A stretch of DNA of 64,000 nucleotides from Octopus vulgaris (Eukaryota), in the NCBI GenBank assembly GCA_951406725.2, contig OX597827.1, forward strand, positions 64,666,001 through 64,730,000, read 5' to 3'. The first letter of the stretch is position 1. Each line of letters opens with the position of its first letter. Position numbers and translations under genes: made by a program. The notes under the pieces were generated by a model that was not told the origin of the DNA, ran no database searches, and saw nothing but the letters and a program-made list of their open reading frames with translations. Shown piece after piece: positions 11,946 to 25,984 of this stretch.

Positions 11946-12106
11946 GCTGAAAGAAAGAAATATGTACATATTTCTTAACATGTGTATGTGTATTAACATG
12001 TAGATAATACGTATATAAGTGTGTGCGTGTGTGTGTATGTGTATGTGTGAGATTTATATACATAAATGTACGCACAATCACAAACACGCACATATACATA
12101 TATATG

Positions 12107-12159
<53 letters not shown>

Positions 12160-12182
12160 ACATATACATATATTCATGTATG

Positions 12183-12230
<48 letters not shown>

Positions 12231-12868
12231 CATACATATATACACACACATAAATATACTTATTTCTTAATTTCTTTGTTTCCGCCTTTCTCTCTTCTCT
12301 CTGTACATGCAGACACATGCACATACACACACATACACAGACACATACAAACAAGCATAAATGCATACATTTTACACACACACACACACACACACATACA
12401 CACATACGCATATATATATATGTAATATACACATGTAATTATGAGCATATGTGCGTGTGCGCCGCGCCTCTATCTGTAATAACTGCAATAAAAAAGTACA
12501 CACATAAATATAACATCATAAATAAAGACTCGCAAGCGAAAATCTCCAATACTTACATGCACAGCGAATATAACTTTTCTATTATTCTGTTACGTATTAT
12601 AGCGTTCCAATAACACAAGAAATGAAATTGCGAAGTGTTATGCATACAAGCAATCTTACTATTGTAATAATTCGATACGATATAAAACGTTCATAATATT
12701 CGCCAATATAGATAGATGGGAGAAGAGGATGACACGCAAAAGTTTCAGAAATTAAATACTTTCGGTTAGATAAGCGGATAGTGAAACCGAAACGGCTTAT
12801 AAGGTTGAATGTTTGTATGCCTCCATGTTTAAATGGTAAACCTTTTAGCCTATCGCATCTTTTTGGCT

Positions 12869-12921
<53 letters not shown>

Positions 12922-13062
12922 ATGTCTGTCTGTCTGTCTGTCTGTCTGCATGTATGTATCTATCTATCCATGGATGCATCCATCCTTCCATCCATCTAGC
13001 CATCCATCCATCCATCCATCCATCCATCCGTCCGTCCGTCCGTCCGTCCGTCTGTCTATTTC

Positions 13063-13185
<123 letters not shown>

Positions 13186-13316
13186 GTCTGTCTCTTTCAA
13201 TCTCTCTCTCTACCTATGTATGTATCCATCCATCCATCTGCATCTCTCTCTCTCTCTCTCTCTCTCTATTTCAACAATATGGTCACCCACATACGCACCA
13301 GCACACATGCATACAC

Positions 13317-13379
<63 letters not shown>

Positions 13380-13589
13380 AAAGTGTCGTACATAGCTCTT
13401 GAAAATCTTCGAAAATAATTCGACTAGTGATCCAATAAAATGCTACCGATTATGGCATAAAAATGCATAAGATAACTTAGATTATACACACACACATGCA
13501 CAAACACACACATATATATTTACGAATATATATATATATATGTATACATATATGTATTATGTTTGTATATATATATATATATGCATATA

Positions 13590-13621
<32 letters not shown>

Positions 13622-14089
13622 CAGAAAGTATGACATTTACACACGCACAAACACACAAACACGCACACACACACACACACACATATATAAATGTAATACT
13701 TTCTGTTTTCAGGAAATTGCATTTGCAAATCTATATATTCAGTTAGAACTTTACCGTTTTCATATTATTTATTGTATATATAAATTGTTATATAAGTAAT
13801 AATGACTCATACGATTCATATACACAAGCTAGGTACACTCGTACTCAGATAAACACACGCACGCACACACAATGAGAAGACACACACCACACACACACTG
13901 ATATATACAGGCGCAGATACATAAGGTCTAAACTCCCACTTTCATTTCATCACTGTCCAGTACATATGTTCGAATATATTTCACATTGTAATATATAGAC
14001 TGTTGATAGAATCCAGTAAAATGGCTTTGCAACTGAATATCACTGGCTACATATTCTGGTGGTTGAGTAGCGCTTATTACTTATATAGT

Positions 14090-14265
14090 CGCAGTCGGTG
14101 GGGTGTAAAGTAGCAAAATATGCTTTCCACCCTCATGGCTCCAGGTTCAATTCTGCTGCATGGAACCTTGGGCAGGTGTCTTCTGGTATGGATTCTGGCC
14201 GACCAAAGCCTTGAAAGTGGATTTGGTACACGGTAACTGAAAGACGCTCGTCAGCCCGTCGTATA
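14090..14265 (+). mobile_element. SINE family B, 5' half, degenerate
   Basis: GGTTCAATTCTG..CCTTGGGCAGGTGTCTTC..GCCGACCAAAGCCTTG. Confidence 0.7.
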
Positions 14266-14273
14266 TATTTTTA

Positions 14274-14316
<43 letters not shown>

Positions 14317-14330
14317 TTTAAAAATTTTTT

Positions 14331-14449
<119 letters not shown>

Positions 14450-14482
14450 GACAGAGACAGAAAGAGGTATACAGTTGTGTAT

Positions 14483-14784
14483 GGAGGCATATAGCCTAGT
14501 AGTTAGAGCAGCGGAATTGCGGTCGAGGGATCGTGGGTTCGAATCTCAGACTAGGCGATGTGTGTGTTTATGAGCGAAATACCTAAGTTCCACGCAGCTC
14601 CGGCAGAAGGTAATGGCGAACTTCTGCTGACTCTTTCGCCACAACTTTCTCCCACTCTTTCCTCCCGCATCTTGCAGCTCACCTGCGACGGACCAGCGTC
14701 CAGTCCAGGTGGGGAACCTATACGTGAAGAACCGGAAAACCGGCTCTATGAGGCAGGCGTGGTTTGAGAAGGAACAAACAATAG
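14483..14784 (+). mobile_element. tRNA-derived SINE family C with 13-bp target-site duplication
   Basis: A-box TAGCCTAGTAG, B-box GGTTCGAATCT; TSD TACAGTTGTGTAT at 14470-14482 and 14785-14797. Confidence 0.92.
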
Positions 14785-15972
14785 TACAGTTGTGTATATA
14801 TATATGTATATTGTAATCTTATAATACTGAAACACGTGTTGTTCATTCATATTTAATAAATATAAGTATTAACTAAAGTATGATATAATTAGTGAAATAC
14901 CCAGCTGGAAATTTTGGTTATATCCTTCAAGTATTATTTCGTGATATGTGCAAACTGATACCCTGAGTTTACTGTAAGATATACTCATTAGGTTATTTGG
15001 GTATTATCTGAAATAGAATACCCGCATATCGATTAATCCCCCAAAATTGAATACACACACACACACATATATATATATATCAATAATAATAATAATATTA
15101 ATCCTTTCAACTGGAGGCAAAAGGTGACGTCAGCAACTGGTGATTGTAAAATTTCATTGGTCTGGGCTCAATTTCTCCACAAAAACCAACCAGGAACAAC
15201 AAACAATTACAAAAGCTTTAGTAACAGTCTTCCACCCTGGTTTTGAAACCGCAACTCCAAATCACTATACAAATATCAGTTGCCGACGTCACCTACCTCT
15301 AGACTAATGAAATTTTACAAACACCAGTTGGTGACGTCACCTAACTCTAGACCAATCGAAACCGAACTTCAGCAAATACAACGAAATGACTCAAGAGAAT
15401 CAATCAACCAGAACGACTGATGACCGTTCCCCACAGGGAACCAGCCAGGTAGAACGACAAACCTTGACCACCGGAAAAACAAGACGTCACCAGTTCCTTA
15501 ACGAATCAAAAATCAGATCCGCTCAAGGAAAAAAAATATAAATATACCTGATTCCAAAACACTGCTACAATCGTAAGCTCCTACAGAATGAAGATCAGAG
15601 AAACTGTACACGAAATTCCCTGTTTTTACTATCTTCATTTCTCCCTTGTTTTTCACTCTTAATTCAGTATGACTGAAACTTTGGTGATATTCATTTCTTC
15701 TCGATCACTACTAACACTAATGAGCTTTGTACATTCAAACATATTAATATTATTGACTTCAAAGAACATCTAAACTCGTCAACATTCCTTACCTGTCCAT
15801 CTAATTCAAAATTTTAATCACATTCCATTGATAAACAAAAAATATTGTTGAAACTAGTTTGGTACATATGTAAATAAATGTATTTTAAACAATTACATGT
15901 TTTCTAAATTTAGATGCATTTTCAACAACAAATTTGCCTATATTTCCCCCCTGCGTGAAAACGCCTCTTTTG

Positions 15973-16015
<43 letters not shown>

Positions 16016-16252
16016 AATTAGAAAAAACACCTTTTTAAATTAAATTACACCATCTAGAAAATTATATATAATAGAAATATTAAATATAAGATGAAAAATA
16101 ATATACCGATGATTAAGTAATGTGCAAAATAATGAATAAAACGTATATATTTGGTAGAATAAAGTCATGTGTTTCGTGGCTATATTTAAGAAATGATTAT
16201 AGTAAAAATATTATTATTTGTAGCAAAATATATATATATATATGTATGTATG

Positions 16253-16299
<47 letters not shown>

Positions 16300-16809
16300 T
16301 TATATATAGTCACTAAATTTATTTATTAGAACGTATCTATGCTGCCTGTTAAATGCCTTTATCATCACCTTTGTTTTGGTTTGTTCTTTTTTGTTCAGCT
16401 GACAAAAATTATCATCTTAAATCATTTTAATAAAGCCATTTTTTATTTTAATTTACGTTGTTGTGTCAAAATATCAAAACCCTTGCATAATTAGATGCGA
16501 CACTAATTAAAATAGTGTAAGCTGATCTCCTTTACTGACTATAATGCTAGATACGTATGTCCCTAGGGTTAATGAATATTTAATATAGTGTGTTGATTTC
16601 AGTTTTATGGTGAAGACAAATACGTGATGTACCCTGTGGAATCCTCATGGGCTTATGTAGTTATATTCATAGGTGTAAACAAGTGTATAATATAAACGTG
16701 ATATAAATGTATTATCATTATGTTTGATTTAATTGAACTTAGAAATTATTTATTGAGAAAAAATAAACTTGTATAATTTTTGTGGGGTACAGTTTTAGGT
16801 AGTGGGTAG

Positions 16810-17200
16810 CGATTTTCTTCACTACTTCAGGGAGTGACGACCCGACACGAGTACCGGGCTCAGCTGGCTCCGGCTGAAAGTACCCGGTATGGGCCACTAT
16901 CGACCTTCAAAGAAATCCGAGTGGAGCTCCGTAGGCCCTTTAGTGTTCGACTCGACACTCTTCCGGCAGCTCCTGCAACCATGCTGGTGCCAAACGTAAT
17001 GCTCTGCACTCCTTTGGACTACGTCAGCAAGATCGAGAGAGGAATCTTGACGATTGGACTAACAAGGATCTCCTTACATCTAGTCCAGGCCTGCGCAAAA
17101 CTGGAGAGGACATGAAATGTAAAAACCAGACTGGATGAGTTTATGCGCAACTCCATTGTCTCCCGAAACAAAAGATGTCAACAAGTGTAACTCGAAGCAC
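16810..17200 (+). mobile_element. Probable RTE-clade LINE 5' UTR-like fragment
   Basis: GC-richer block whose motifs (CCAAACGTAATGCTCTGCACTCCTTTGGAC, CCAGGCCTGCGC..CTGGAGAGG) resemble RTE 5' UTRs from memory; unverified. Confidence 0.35.
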
Positions 17201-17224
17201 ATAAGTCTAGAAATAAGGATTTGT

Positions 17225-17497
17225 AAATAAGGTAAGGTAAGGTAAGGCAAAGTTATCTTCTTGAGTCCTATCGACTCATAAGGGCCGGTTACCTGGTTTC
17301 ACAGCGTATATTTTTTCCACCTGGACGACACGCCGGCCCGTCGCTGGGTGACTTATCACTGCCACTTCAGCAGACTGGAGCAACGTGAAATAAAGTATTT
17401 TGCTCAAGAACACGGTGCGTCACCCGGTCCAGGAATCGAAACCGAAATCTTACGATCAGTAGTCTAACAACCTAACCATTTAGCCACGCGCCTCCAC
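17225..17497 (-). mobile_element. SINE (family C-related) with (CCTTA)n tail
   Basis: Minus strand GGAGGCGCGTGGCTAAATGGTTAGG..GGTTTCGATTCC head; GGCCCTTATGAG 3' end shared with family C. Confidence 0.75.
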
Positions 17498-17787
17498 TAC
17501 ATGTCAATACTGGGTTGAAAGACCCGTTTTGTGGTAGATAAGGTGGAAGGATGTCCCTGGGGTTTGAACCCACGTGTACTGTAAACATGACAAGCGTCTT
17601 GCTAGTGGGCCAAAGTAATTAATCAAAGTTCTCTACTCATTTAGAAGCTTTTCTTCTTACCGGCAATGACTATATGTTGGTAACGGTCATAAGAATTTCA
17701 TAAACTTTCAAGGGAACGTCAACTCAAAGAATTCTTTTATTGGAACAGTGTGTCTTGAAGCACGTTAAGCATGTAAATATTTATAGA

Positions 17788-18235
17788 AGCAGCCGTGACT
17801 GTATGTTAAGAAGCTTGCTTCCTAACCACATTGTTTCGGGTTCAGTCCGGAACCATGTAGTTCAGTGTGGCACCTTCGGCAAGTGTCTTCTGCTATAACT
17901 ACGGGTCTTGTGAATGGATTTGGCTGGCGGGGGAAACTGGAAGACGCCCAATGTATGCACACACACACGCGCGTGCGCGAGTGTGTGCGTTTGTCCCCTA
18001 CTCCAGCCCCGCTTGACATCCCCGTTCGTCCCCATCTCCAGCCCCGCTTGACATCCCCGTTCGTCCACAACTCCTTTCCTGCTTAGCGGTTCGGTGATAG
18101 AGACCGACAGAATACGTAACAGGCTTAACAGAAGTAAGTAAATGGGTTCGACCCTTTCGACTAAAAATTCTTCAAGGCGGTGCTTCAGCATGGCCGCAGT
18201 GTAATGACTGAAACAAGTAAATGATAAAAGATAAA
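17788..18235 (+). mobile_element. SINE family B with an internal duplication of a 31-bp block
   Basis: Family B match; CTCCAGCCCCGCTTGACATCCCCGTTCGTCC occurs twice at 18001-18066. Confidence 0.75.
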
Positions 18236-18742
18236 AACATCCTTATGTGCTTCGAGATCCCTTGCTTCAAGCAATTTATTTCATATTATTCATACGATCT
18301 TCTCATATTACTTTTGATAGCAATGTATGTATGAGCAATTTCTTAACGGGATGTGCTTGTAACAGCAATATAAGGAGATGTGCTTACAATAGCAATATGA
18401 GAAATCAAATTCGCCTAATCTATGTTGCACACCTCAGCGAAATACTTAAAGTTCTTCACATCTAATCATCGGTTGAAGTAGTTTCTGAAATTTCTGTTAG
18501 ATTTCGTTTATTATCTTTATTTTAATCAGAGTCTTTATCAGAAACCTTTTGATATATTTCCTACACTGATACTGTAGATCTCACTGCAGCTTTGATATCA
18601 CAAATTCGATCGAGATTCATAATCTCCTTTTTGCATATTGTCTACGGTTTTAACGTGAAGTTCTATATTTTCAAACTTCAATTTGCTGTTAACGAGTGGT
18701 TCTGTGGCGGTTGTTTTAGAAAACCCAGCATCTTCAAATCAA

Positions 18743-18883
18743 CCTACCTACCTATCTACTTACCTACTTACCTACCTACCTACCTACCTACCTACCTACC
18801 TACCTACCTACCTACCTACCTACCTACCTACCGACCTACCTACCTATCTACCTACCTACCTACCTACCTACCTATATACCTAC

Positions 18884-18942
<59 letters not shown>

Positions 18943-18943
18943 C

Positions 18944-19001
<58 letters not shown>

Positions 19002-19010
19002 GTCTATCTG
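18743..19010. repeat. (CCTA)n(TCTA)n tetranucleotide microsatellite
   Basis: Directly visible. Confidence 0.95.
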
Positions 19011-19109
19011 TCCGTTTGTCTATGTGTCTGTCTACTTACAATTTTGTTGATGCAAACAGGAAAAATAAAGCTCAAACTATGAATATATGTATATTTTTAT
19101 TAATATTTA

Positions 19110-19410
19110 GCATATAGTGTAGTGGTTAAGAGCGCAGGCTACTAACCCCAATATTCTGAGTTCGATTCCAGGCAGTGACCTTAATAATAATAACAACAAC
19201 AACAGCAACAATACTACTACTAATAATAATAATAGCAACATCAAAAAATACCTTAGGAATGAGAACCCAAGTTCATACTTTCCCCAAGACACCTGTCGAA
19301 GGCTGGAGGGTATATCAGCCGAAGTGTTGTGTTAACAACAAACAAGATGAGGACAAATATCCGTCGAATGTAAATAATGTACATAATTCCTCATCTCTTA
19401 AATATAGAAG
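19110..19410 (+). mobile_element. tRNA-headed SINE family H carrying a hammerhead (degenerate here, 19288-19333)
   Basis: A-box TAGTGTAGTGG, B-box GTTCGATTCC, AAT-rich linker, then GACAC-CTGTCGA-A-GGCTG..CAGCC-GAAG-TG-TT-GTGTT. Confidence 0.8.
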
Positions 19411-19824
19411 GGATGAATCTTTTGACGCCTACCCCCATGACATAGCTTTCAACATTATCAACTTCGGCTCAAATTCTTCTACCCATTTTTCATTCATGAT
19501 AACCCTTTAAACACTCGTATATAACACCTCAATGACATGATCAAATTAACAATGGGACATTTTGAAGGCGAGGAAATTGCTTTCACCCTCTCTAATGACA
19601 AGTTATTTCTCTGTCTCGTGCAGCTGTCAACTAACGAGACTATCTTTCGCTTTCATTTAAAATTTCACTTAAGCAGTCAGTCTTAAAAAAAAATATTCGT
19701 GTCACCCACGTATTTGCATTGATTTTGTAATGAAGCAATCAATTTTTGACAACTTTAAAACATCATCGATTTTTAATTTTTCCAATCATTATTTTCTCAG
19801 CTGGCTCTGATCGAGGTAAACATA

Positions 19825-20030
19825 TTTCTAATTTTGACACAAGGTCAGCATTTTTGGTGGATGGAGCTAGTCGATTAAATCAAGCCTCCCCCCACTCTCC
19901 AGTGTTTGAGTAGTACTTATTTCATCGACCCCGAAAGTATGAAAGGGCAAAGTCGACCTCATAAAGATGGACGGAATACTGCTAAGTATTTTGCCCAGTG
20001 TACTTAACGACTCTGCCAGCTCGGCGCCTT
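19825..20030 (-). mobile_element. SINE family A
   Basis: Reverse-complement match. Confidence 0.75.
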
Positions 20031-20246
20031 AAACACCGTTGATAGATATAATCACTAACTTAAACATTCCATTATAATTCCCATCCATTTGAGATACAAA
20101 ACAAACAAAAACAACAAGAAGAAAACAAGAAGAAAAGGAAATTATAATAATTTATTTTCAATGATTTTGCAATTTGCCAGTCAGGTGATTACAATATTTG
20201 GCTTGTTTGTTTTTGTTTATTCAGTGGATTTGTACAAAGTAGACTC

Positions 20247-21237
20247 TGAATTTTTTGAAAAATTTCCCCCAAATTTTAGAAAAATCTTTTGAAAATTTTC
20301 CCCCAAAATTTTTCGAAAACTTTCCCCAAAAATTTTTTCCCCAAAACTATTTTTGAAAACATTCCCCAAATATTTTTGAAAAATTTTTTGAAAATCTTTT
20401 GAAAATTTTCCTCAAAAATTTTTTGAAAATTTTCCTAAAAATTTTTGAAAAATTTTTCGAAAATTTTCCCCAAAAATTTTTGAAAAATTTTTCGAAAACT
20501 TTCCCCAAAAATTTTTGAAAAATTTTTTGAAAATCATTTGAAAATTTTCTCAAAATTTTTGAAAATTTTTCCTAAAAATTTTTGAAAACGTTTTTGAAAA
20601 TTTTCCTAAAAATTTTGCACAAAATTTTGCACAAAATTTTGCACAAAATTTTGAAAAATCTTTGAAAATTTTCCTTAAAAATTAAAAAAAATCTTTTCGA
20701 AAATTTTCCCCCAAAATTTAAAATAAACTTCTTGAAAATTTTCTCCAAAAATTTTTCAAAACTTTTCCCTAAAAATTTTTCAAAAATTCTCCGAAAATTT
20801 TCCCCAAAATTTTTCAAAATTCTCCGAAAATTTTCCCCAAAAATTTTTGAAAAACTTTTCGAAAATTTTGCAAAAATTTTGAAAAATCTTTTTTTTCCTT
20901 AAAAATTAAAAAAATCTTTTCGAAAATTTTCCCCAAAATTTTTAAAAAACTTGAAAATTTTCCCAAAAATTTTTCAAAAATTTTCTCTAAAAATTTTTCA
21001 AAAATTCTCCGAAAATTTTCCCCAAAAATTTTTCAAAAATTCTCCGAAAATTTTCCCCAAAAATTTTTGAAAAACTTTTGAAAAATCTTTTGAAAATTTT
21101 CCCCCAAATTTATGAAAAATTTTTTGAAAATTTTCCCCAAAAATTTTTTGAAAATTTTCCCCAAAAATTTTTGAAAACTTCAAAAAAATTTTCCCTAAAA
21201 ATTTTTGAAAAATTTTTCGAAAATTTTCCACAAAAAT
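20247..21237. repeat. A-tract/T-tract satellite-like array (GAAAATTTTCCCCAAAAATTTTT)
   Basis: About 1 kb of alternating A4-6/T4-6 runs with 11-12 bp sub-periodicity and a higher-order duplication of about 225 bp (20651-20875 vs 20879-21085). Confidence 0.85.
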
Positions 21238-21299
21238 CATCGATTTTTAAGTTTTCCAATCATTATTTTCTCATTATTTTCAAAAATCGAGGTAAACAT

Positions 21300-21735
21300 A
21301 TTTCTAATTTTGACACCAGGTCAGCATTTTTGGTGGATGGAGCTAGTCGATTAAATAAACCCCTCCCCCACTCCCCAGTGTTTGAGTAGTACTTATTTCA
21401 TCGACCCCGAAAGTATGAAAGGTCAAAATCGACCTCGGCGGAATTTCAACCCAGAACGTAAAGACGGACGATGTGCCACTAAGCATTTTGTCCGGTATGC
21501 TGATGATTCTGTCAGCTCGCCAATTTCAAAATTTGGCACAAGGACAATAATTAAGGGAGGAGGTAAATCGATTTCATCGATTCTAGTGTTCAACTGGGTA
21601 CTTATGTATCGGTATCGAAAGGATGAAAGGCAAAGTCAACCTCGGTGGAATTTGAACTCAGAACATATAGACGGAAGAAATACCACTAGGCATTTGGTCT
21701 GGCATACAGACAAACCTGTAGCTCACCGCCTTGGA
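21300..21735 (-). mobile_element. Two SINE family A copies
   Basis: Reverse-complement matches at 21300-21520 and 21525-21735. Confidence 0.75.
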
Positions 21736-22601
21736 ATATATATATAATGAATGTTTATCATGTGATTTTGGTTTTCACTTTTTTCTTTAGATAAGAACTA
21801 GTTTATAGACGAATTAGCTGCTACTTCTAGCAGATAGAACGACTATATAAAATGCCCCTTTGGTGGATTCACCTTCATAAATTATCGCAGAATAGCATAA
21901 TGCTTCCTGGTAACGAGTATTAGCACTATGATAATAACTAGTGTTTCGGCGTTTTGTCCTTTACAATCCGTGTAGTTGTGTCATTATTTTCACTATTGTT
22001 GAACCTCCAGGCCGCATTGAGATAACAGACCAATAGTCAAATGCGTTTCACCCACAGCTGTCTAGTATTTCATCAGGCCTATGGTTACAATACGTTTATT
22101 CATAAAATGGTAATGTGTGAAATGAGAGAGATTTAGCATCTATTTCTATCAGATCGATAAATCCCCGGAGACTCACAAATCAATTCTGTTGCATTTGTTG
22201 CCGTTTATTTTCCATGCCAGCACGGATCGAAAAAGATCTATGATCGAAGGCGCTGCAGTTATAATCACTACCTGTTACTTCACGTCATGAAGAATATTCT
22301 AAGGTAGTTTGATATGTCTGAATACATTACACTTATGGTAATTATGTGAACAATAGTGTCGTTGGTCACACGTTTCTAAAGGAACAGTCATTCGTTCATA
22401 GCACTTCTGACAACAACAGCCAAGTGTAAGTAACTATAACTGATTTCAGAATAAATATATCAAATGACTTATCAAGTGGACCGGTTTAATATTATCTCCC
22501 GATTTTCCTAAATAATTCAGAGAAAGATACTCACAATCATGGAGTAATATACTATACTATACCATACTGTGCATTGATATAATATAAAATAATATAATAC
22601 G

Positions 22602-22890
22602 TGGAGGCACAATGGCCCAGTGGTTAGGGCAGCAGACACGCGGTCGAAATATCGCGGTTTCGATTCCCAGACAGGGCGTTGTGTGTGTTTATTGAGTGAA
22701 AACACCTAAAAGCTCCACGAGGCTCCGCAGGGGGGGGGGGGGGGGTTGCGACCCCTGTTGTACTCTTTCGCCACAACTTTCTCTCACTCTCTCTTCCTGT
22801 TTCTTGAGTAACGCTGCGATGGACTGGCGTCCCGTCCAGCTGGGGGGGAACACATACGCCACAGAAATCGGGAAACCGGGTCCATGAAAA
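22602..22890 (+). mobile_element. SINE family C variant
   Basis: TGGCCCAGTGG A-box, GTTTCGATTCC B-box, CTCTTTCGCCACAACTTTCTCTC core. Confidence 0.85.
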
Positions 22891-22919
22891 GGGCGACGTT
22901 TATCGATATAATGTGTTTG

Positions 22920-23291
22920 GGTGGATGTGTGGTAAGGAGCTTGCTTCCCAACCACATGTTTCCCGGTAGAGTCAGTCCCACAGCGCGGAACCTTCGGCAA
23001 GTGTCTTCTACAATGACATGAAGCCGACCAAACCTTGTAAGTGGTGGAGAGTGAATTTGGTAGACGGAAACAGAAAGTAACCAGTCGTATATATGGTTTT
23101 AGAGTCACGTTTTGGCTGCTATTTCCAGCGTAGAGGTATCTCTTAGATACCCTAAATTATAATTTTAATAATAATTATTACCTTTGAAGGTTTGTATTCC
23201 TATGCTGGCCACTTTATAAGATCGATAATTAAATTAACGATCTTATCCTTATATATATATGTACGTATATATATATATATATATATATATA

Positions 23292-23338
<47 letters not shown>

Positions 23339-23500
23339 ATTGATATATATGTATATATGTATATCTGTGTGTATTTGCGTTTGTGGTTGTCACCCACCAC
23401 TGCTTGACAACCTGTGTTGGCATTCTTACGCCTAGCGGTTCGCCAAAAGTAACCAATAGAATAAGTACTGGGGTCTAACGTCTGAAACAAGTAATAGGTA
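22920..23500 (+). mobile_element. SINE family B, interrupted
   Basis: 5' half at 22920-23092, 3' half at 23365-23500. Confidence 0.65.
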
Positions 23501-23967
23501 AAAGAATATACACGGTACACCACGACACAATTTTTCTCCTCCAGATTTCAAATAATAGGCGTCATCCAAAGGCTCCGATAGGAAACGCTCAAATGTGTGA
23601 ACAATAGGATTTACCCCATAAACTCCATGGTGGTGATGTGAATTTGTGAACCACGTACCTACACTTACGACCACATGCAGAACTATTACTTGGGAATATG
23701 ATACGGATCTGAACTAGTGACTGTGAATTTACATATCATTTGAAAATCTAAATTAACAGATATCAACTGTCAGATATTTTTTTTCGACTAAGTGCCCCGG
23801 AACGACAAATTATCATCACCATCACACCGTCTGCCCATCTACATACGTATATGTATGCACACACACACATATGTGTGTGTGTGTATGTTTGTGTAATTAT
23901 GTATATTTGTATATATAGATATATGTATATATGTATGTATATTTATATATATATATATGTAAAGATA

Positions 23968-24015
<48 letters not shown>

Positions 24016-24128
24016 AAGATATATATATGTATATATATACACACACATTCACACACACACTTACACATGCATATATATATAGATGTATGTATATACATAG
24101 TTATATTTGCATATATATATGTTTATAG

Positions 24129-24185
<57 letters not shown>

Positions 24186-24488
24186 CATGTATGTGTGTAT
24201 GTTTAATTACATGCATAAGCGCAAATGTATATGCATATATATGTACACATACACACACACACACATACGCCACTCATTTCATCGTCCGACATTTACGTAT
24301 ATACTTATATATATATATATGTATATATATATATCGTACATGTACGTTTATATATAGAAATATACATACATATACATACATGCATACGTGTCTGCATGCA
24401 TATATACAATGCATACATACATACACACATACATACATTCATTCCATGTATACAGACACGCGCACATAGATAGATAGATTGATAGAGA

Positions 24489-24548
<60 letters not shown>

Positions 24549-24580
24549 TTGATTTTGTATGTATATGTATATATATACAC

Positions 24581-24633
<53 letters not shown>

Positions 24634-25614
24634 CATACAGGTGCTCACAAACTCCGACACATATATGAGCGTGTATATTACACCACTTATACATACATAC
24701 ATACATACATACATATTTGCAAATATACATAAGTCCTGTGAAAATATTCAGCAACATTTGAAGCGTTTTCGGTGTCACAGTATCCTTCAAAGAATATATA
24801 TGGAATTTAAACCCACATACACACTCTTACGTTTTCTCCGAAGTCACAAACTCTCTCTGATCTCTCTTTCTATCTTTTTCTTTCCCCCTCATTGAGCCTA
24901 TTGTACTTTTGTTGACGACTTTATCTCTGCACTTTGTCGTAGCCTCTTTACCATAGCTTTCTTTCTGTATTCCGTTTCCCTCCTAATATATACTTCTGTT
25001 TTGCTCTATTATAATCACTTTCTACTTCTCTCTTTCTCTCTTCCTTTCTATTACCTGGTCTCACAGACGATCACTCTACTGTATGTTAGCGACTGCCTAT
25101 TGTTAAATCTTCTGATAATTTGATTAAACATTAGCTTAAGGCTTTACTTACTTCCATCATGCATTTGATAACATTCCGTTTAGTTAGTTTCATCTTCATC
25201 TTCAGAATCTTGGCTCCCTCGGCATTAAATCACTGCCTAATCTGATCTATTACTATCACTCCGTATTTCCAACTTTTAAAACCAAGTAGTACCAGATTTG
25301 AAGATTATTGAAAGATGCAAGCTGGAATGTCATTTCCTCCATGCTATATTCTTCAAGAAATTTAATCAGCTAAAAGAGCCTATTGGTTCAGACAGTTGCG
25401 CAACATGTATATAATGCATTTACATAAGCAAACATAGGTGTGTATGTATGTATGTATGTATGTGTGTATGTGTGTATGTATGTATGTATGTATGTATGTA
25501 TGTATGTATGTATGTATGTGTGTATGTATGTATGTATGTATGTATATATGTATGTGTGTGTATGTATGTATCTATGCATGCATGTATGCATGTGTGTATA
25601 TATCTATCTATATA

Positions 25615-25760
25615 GGAATGGCTATGTGGTTAAGCTCACTTTGCAATCACGTGATTTCGGGTTCAATCTGAGTGCGTGGCACCTTCAGCCAGTATCTTCT
25701 ACCATTGCCCTGTACCAGTCAATACCTTGTGAGTGAATGTGGCAGACGGAAACGTATCGC
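25615..25760 (+). mobile_element. Degenerate SINE family B 5' half
   Basis: GGAATGGCTATGTGGTTAAG..GCGTGGCACCTT..AGACGGAAAC. Confidence 0.6.
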
Positions 25761-25815
25761 ACACATACATACATACAAACATACATATATATATATATAT
25801 ATATGTATATGTACA

Positions 25816-25897
<82 letters not shown>

Positions 25898-25984
25898 TAT
25901 AATATGTGACAATAAGTTGGTTGCCATAATAAAAGTCAAAGTTTCGGATATCGGGGCGGAGGTCTGTTCCGGTATCTTGTCAGG

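Noticed and set aside
14483-14556. Apparent tRNA genes (also 19110, 22602, 39561, 45851, 54509)
   Set aside because: A and B boxes are present but there is no acceptor stem, and each continues into a SINE body
15417-15450. CTGATGA followed by a hairpin
   Set aside because: No downstream GAAA or NUH elements
16834-17115. 93-aa ORF of normal composition
   Set aside because: GTG start, no recognisable domain, lies in a probable LINE 5' UTR-like repeat
23432-23750. 80-aa minus-strand ORF and possible small exon ending at GTAAGT
   Set aside because: Non-ATG start, upstream in-frame stop, runs into a SINE, no homology recognised
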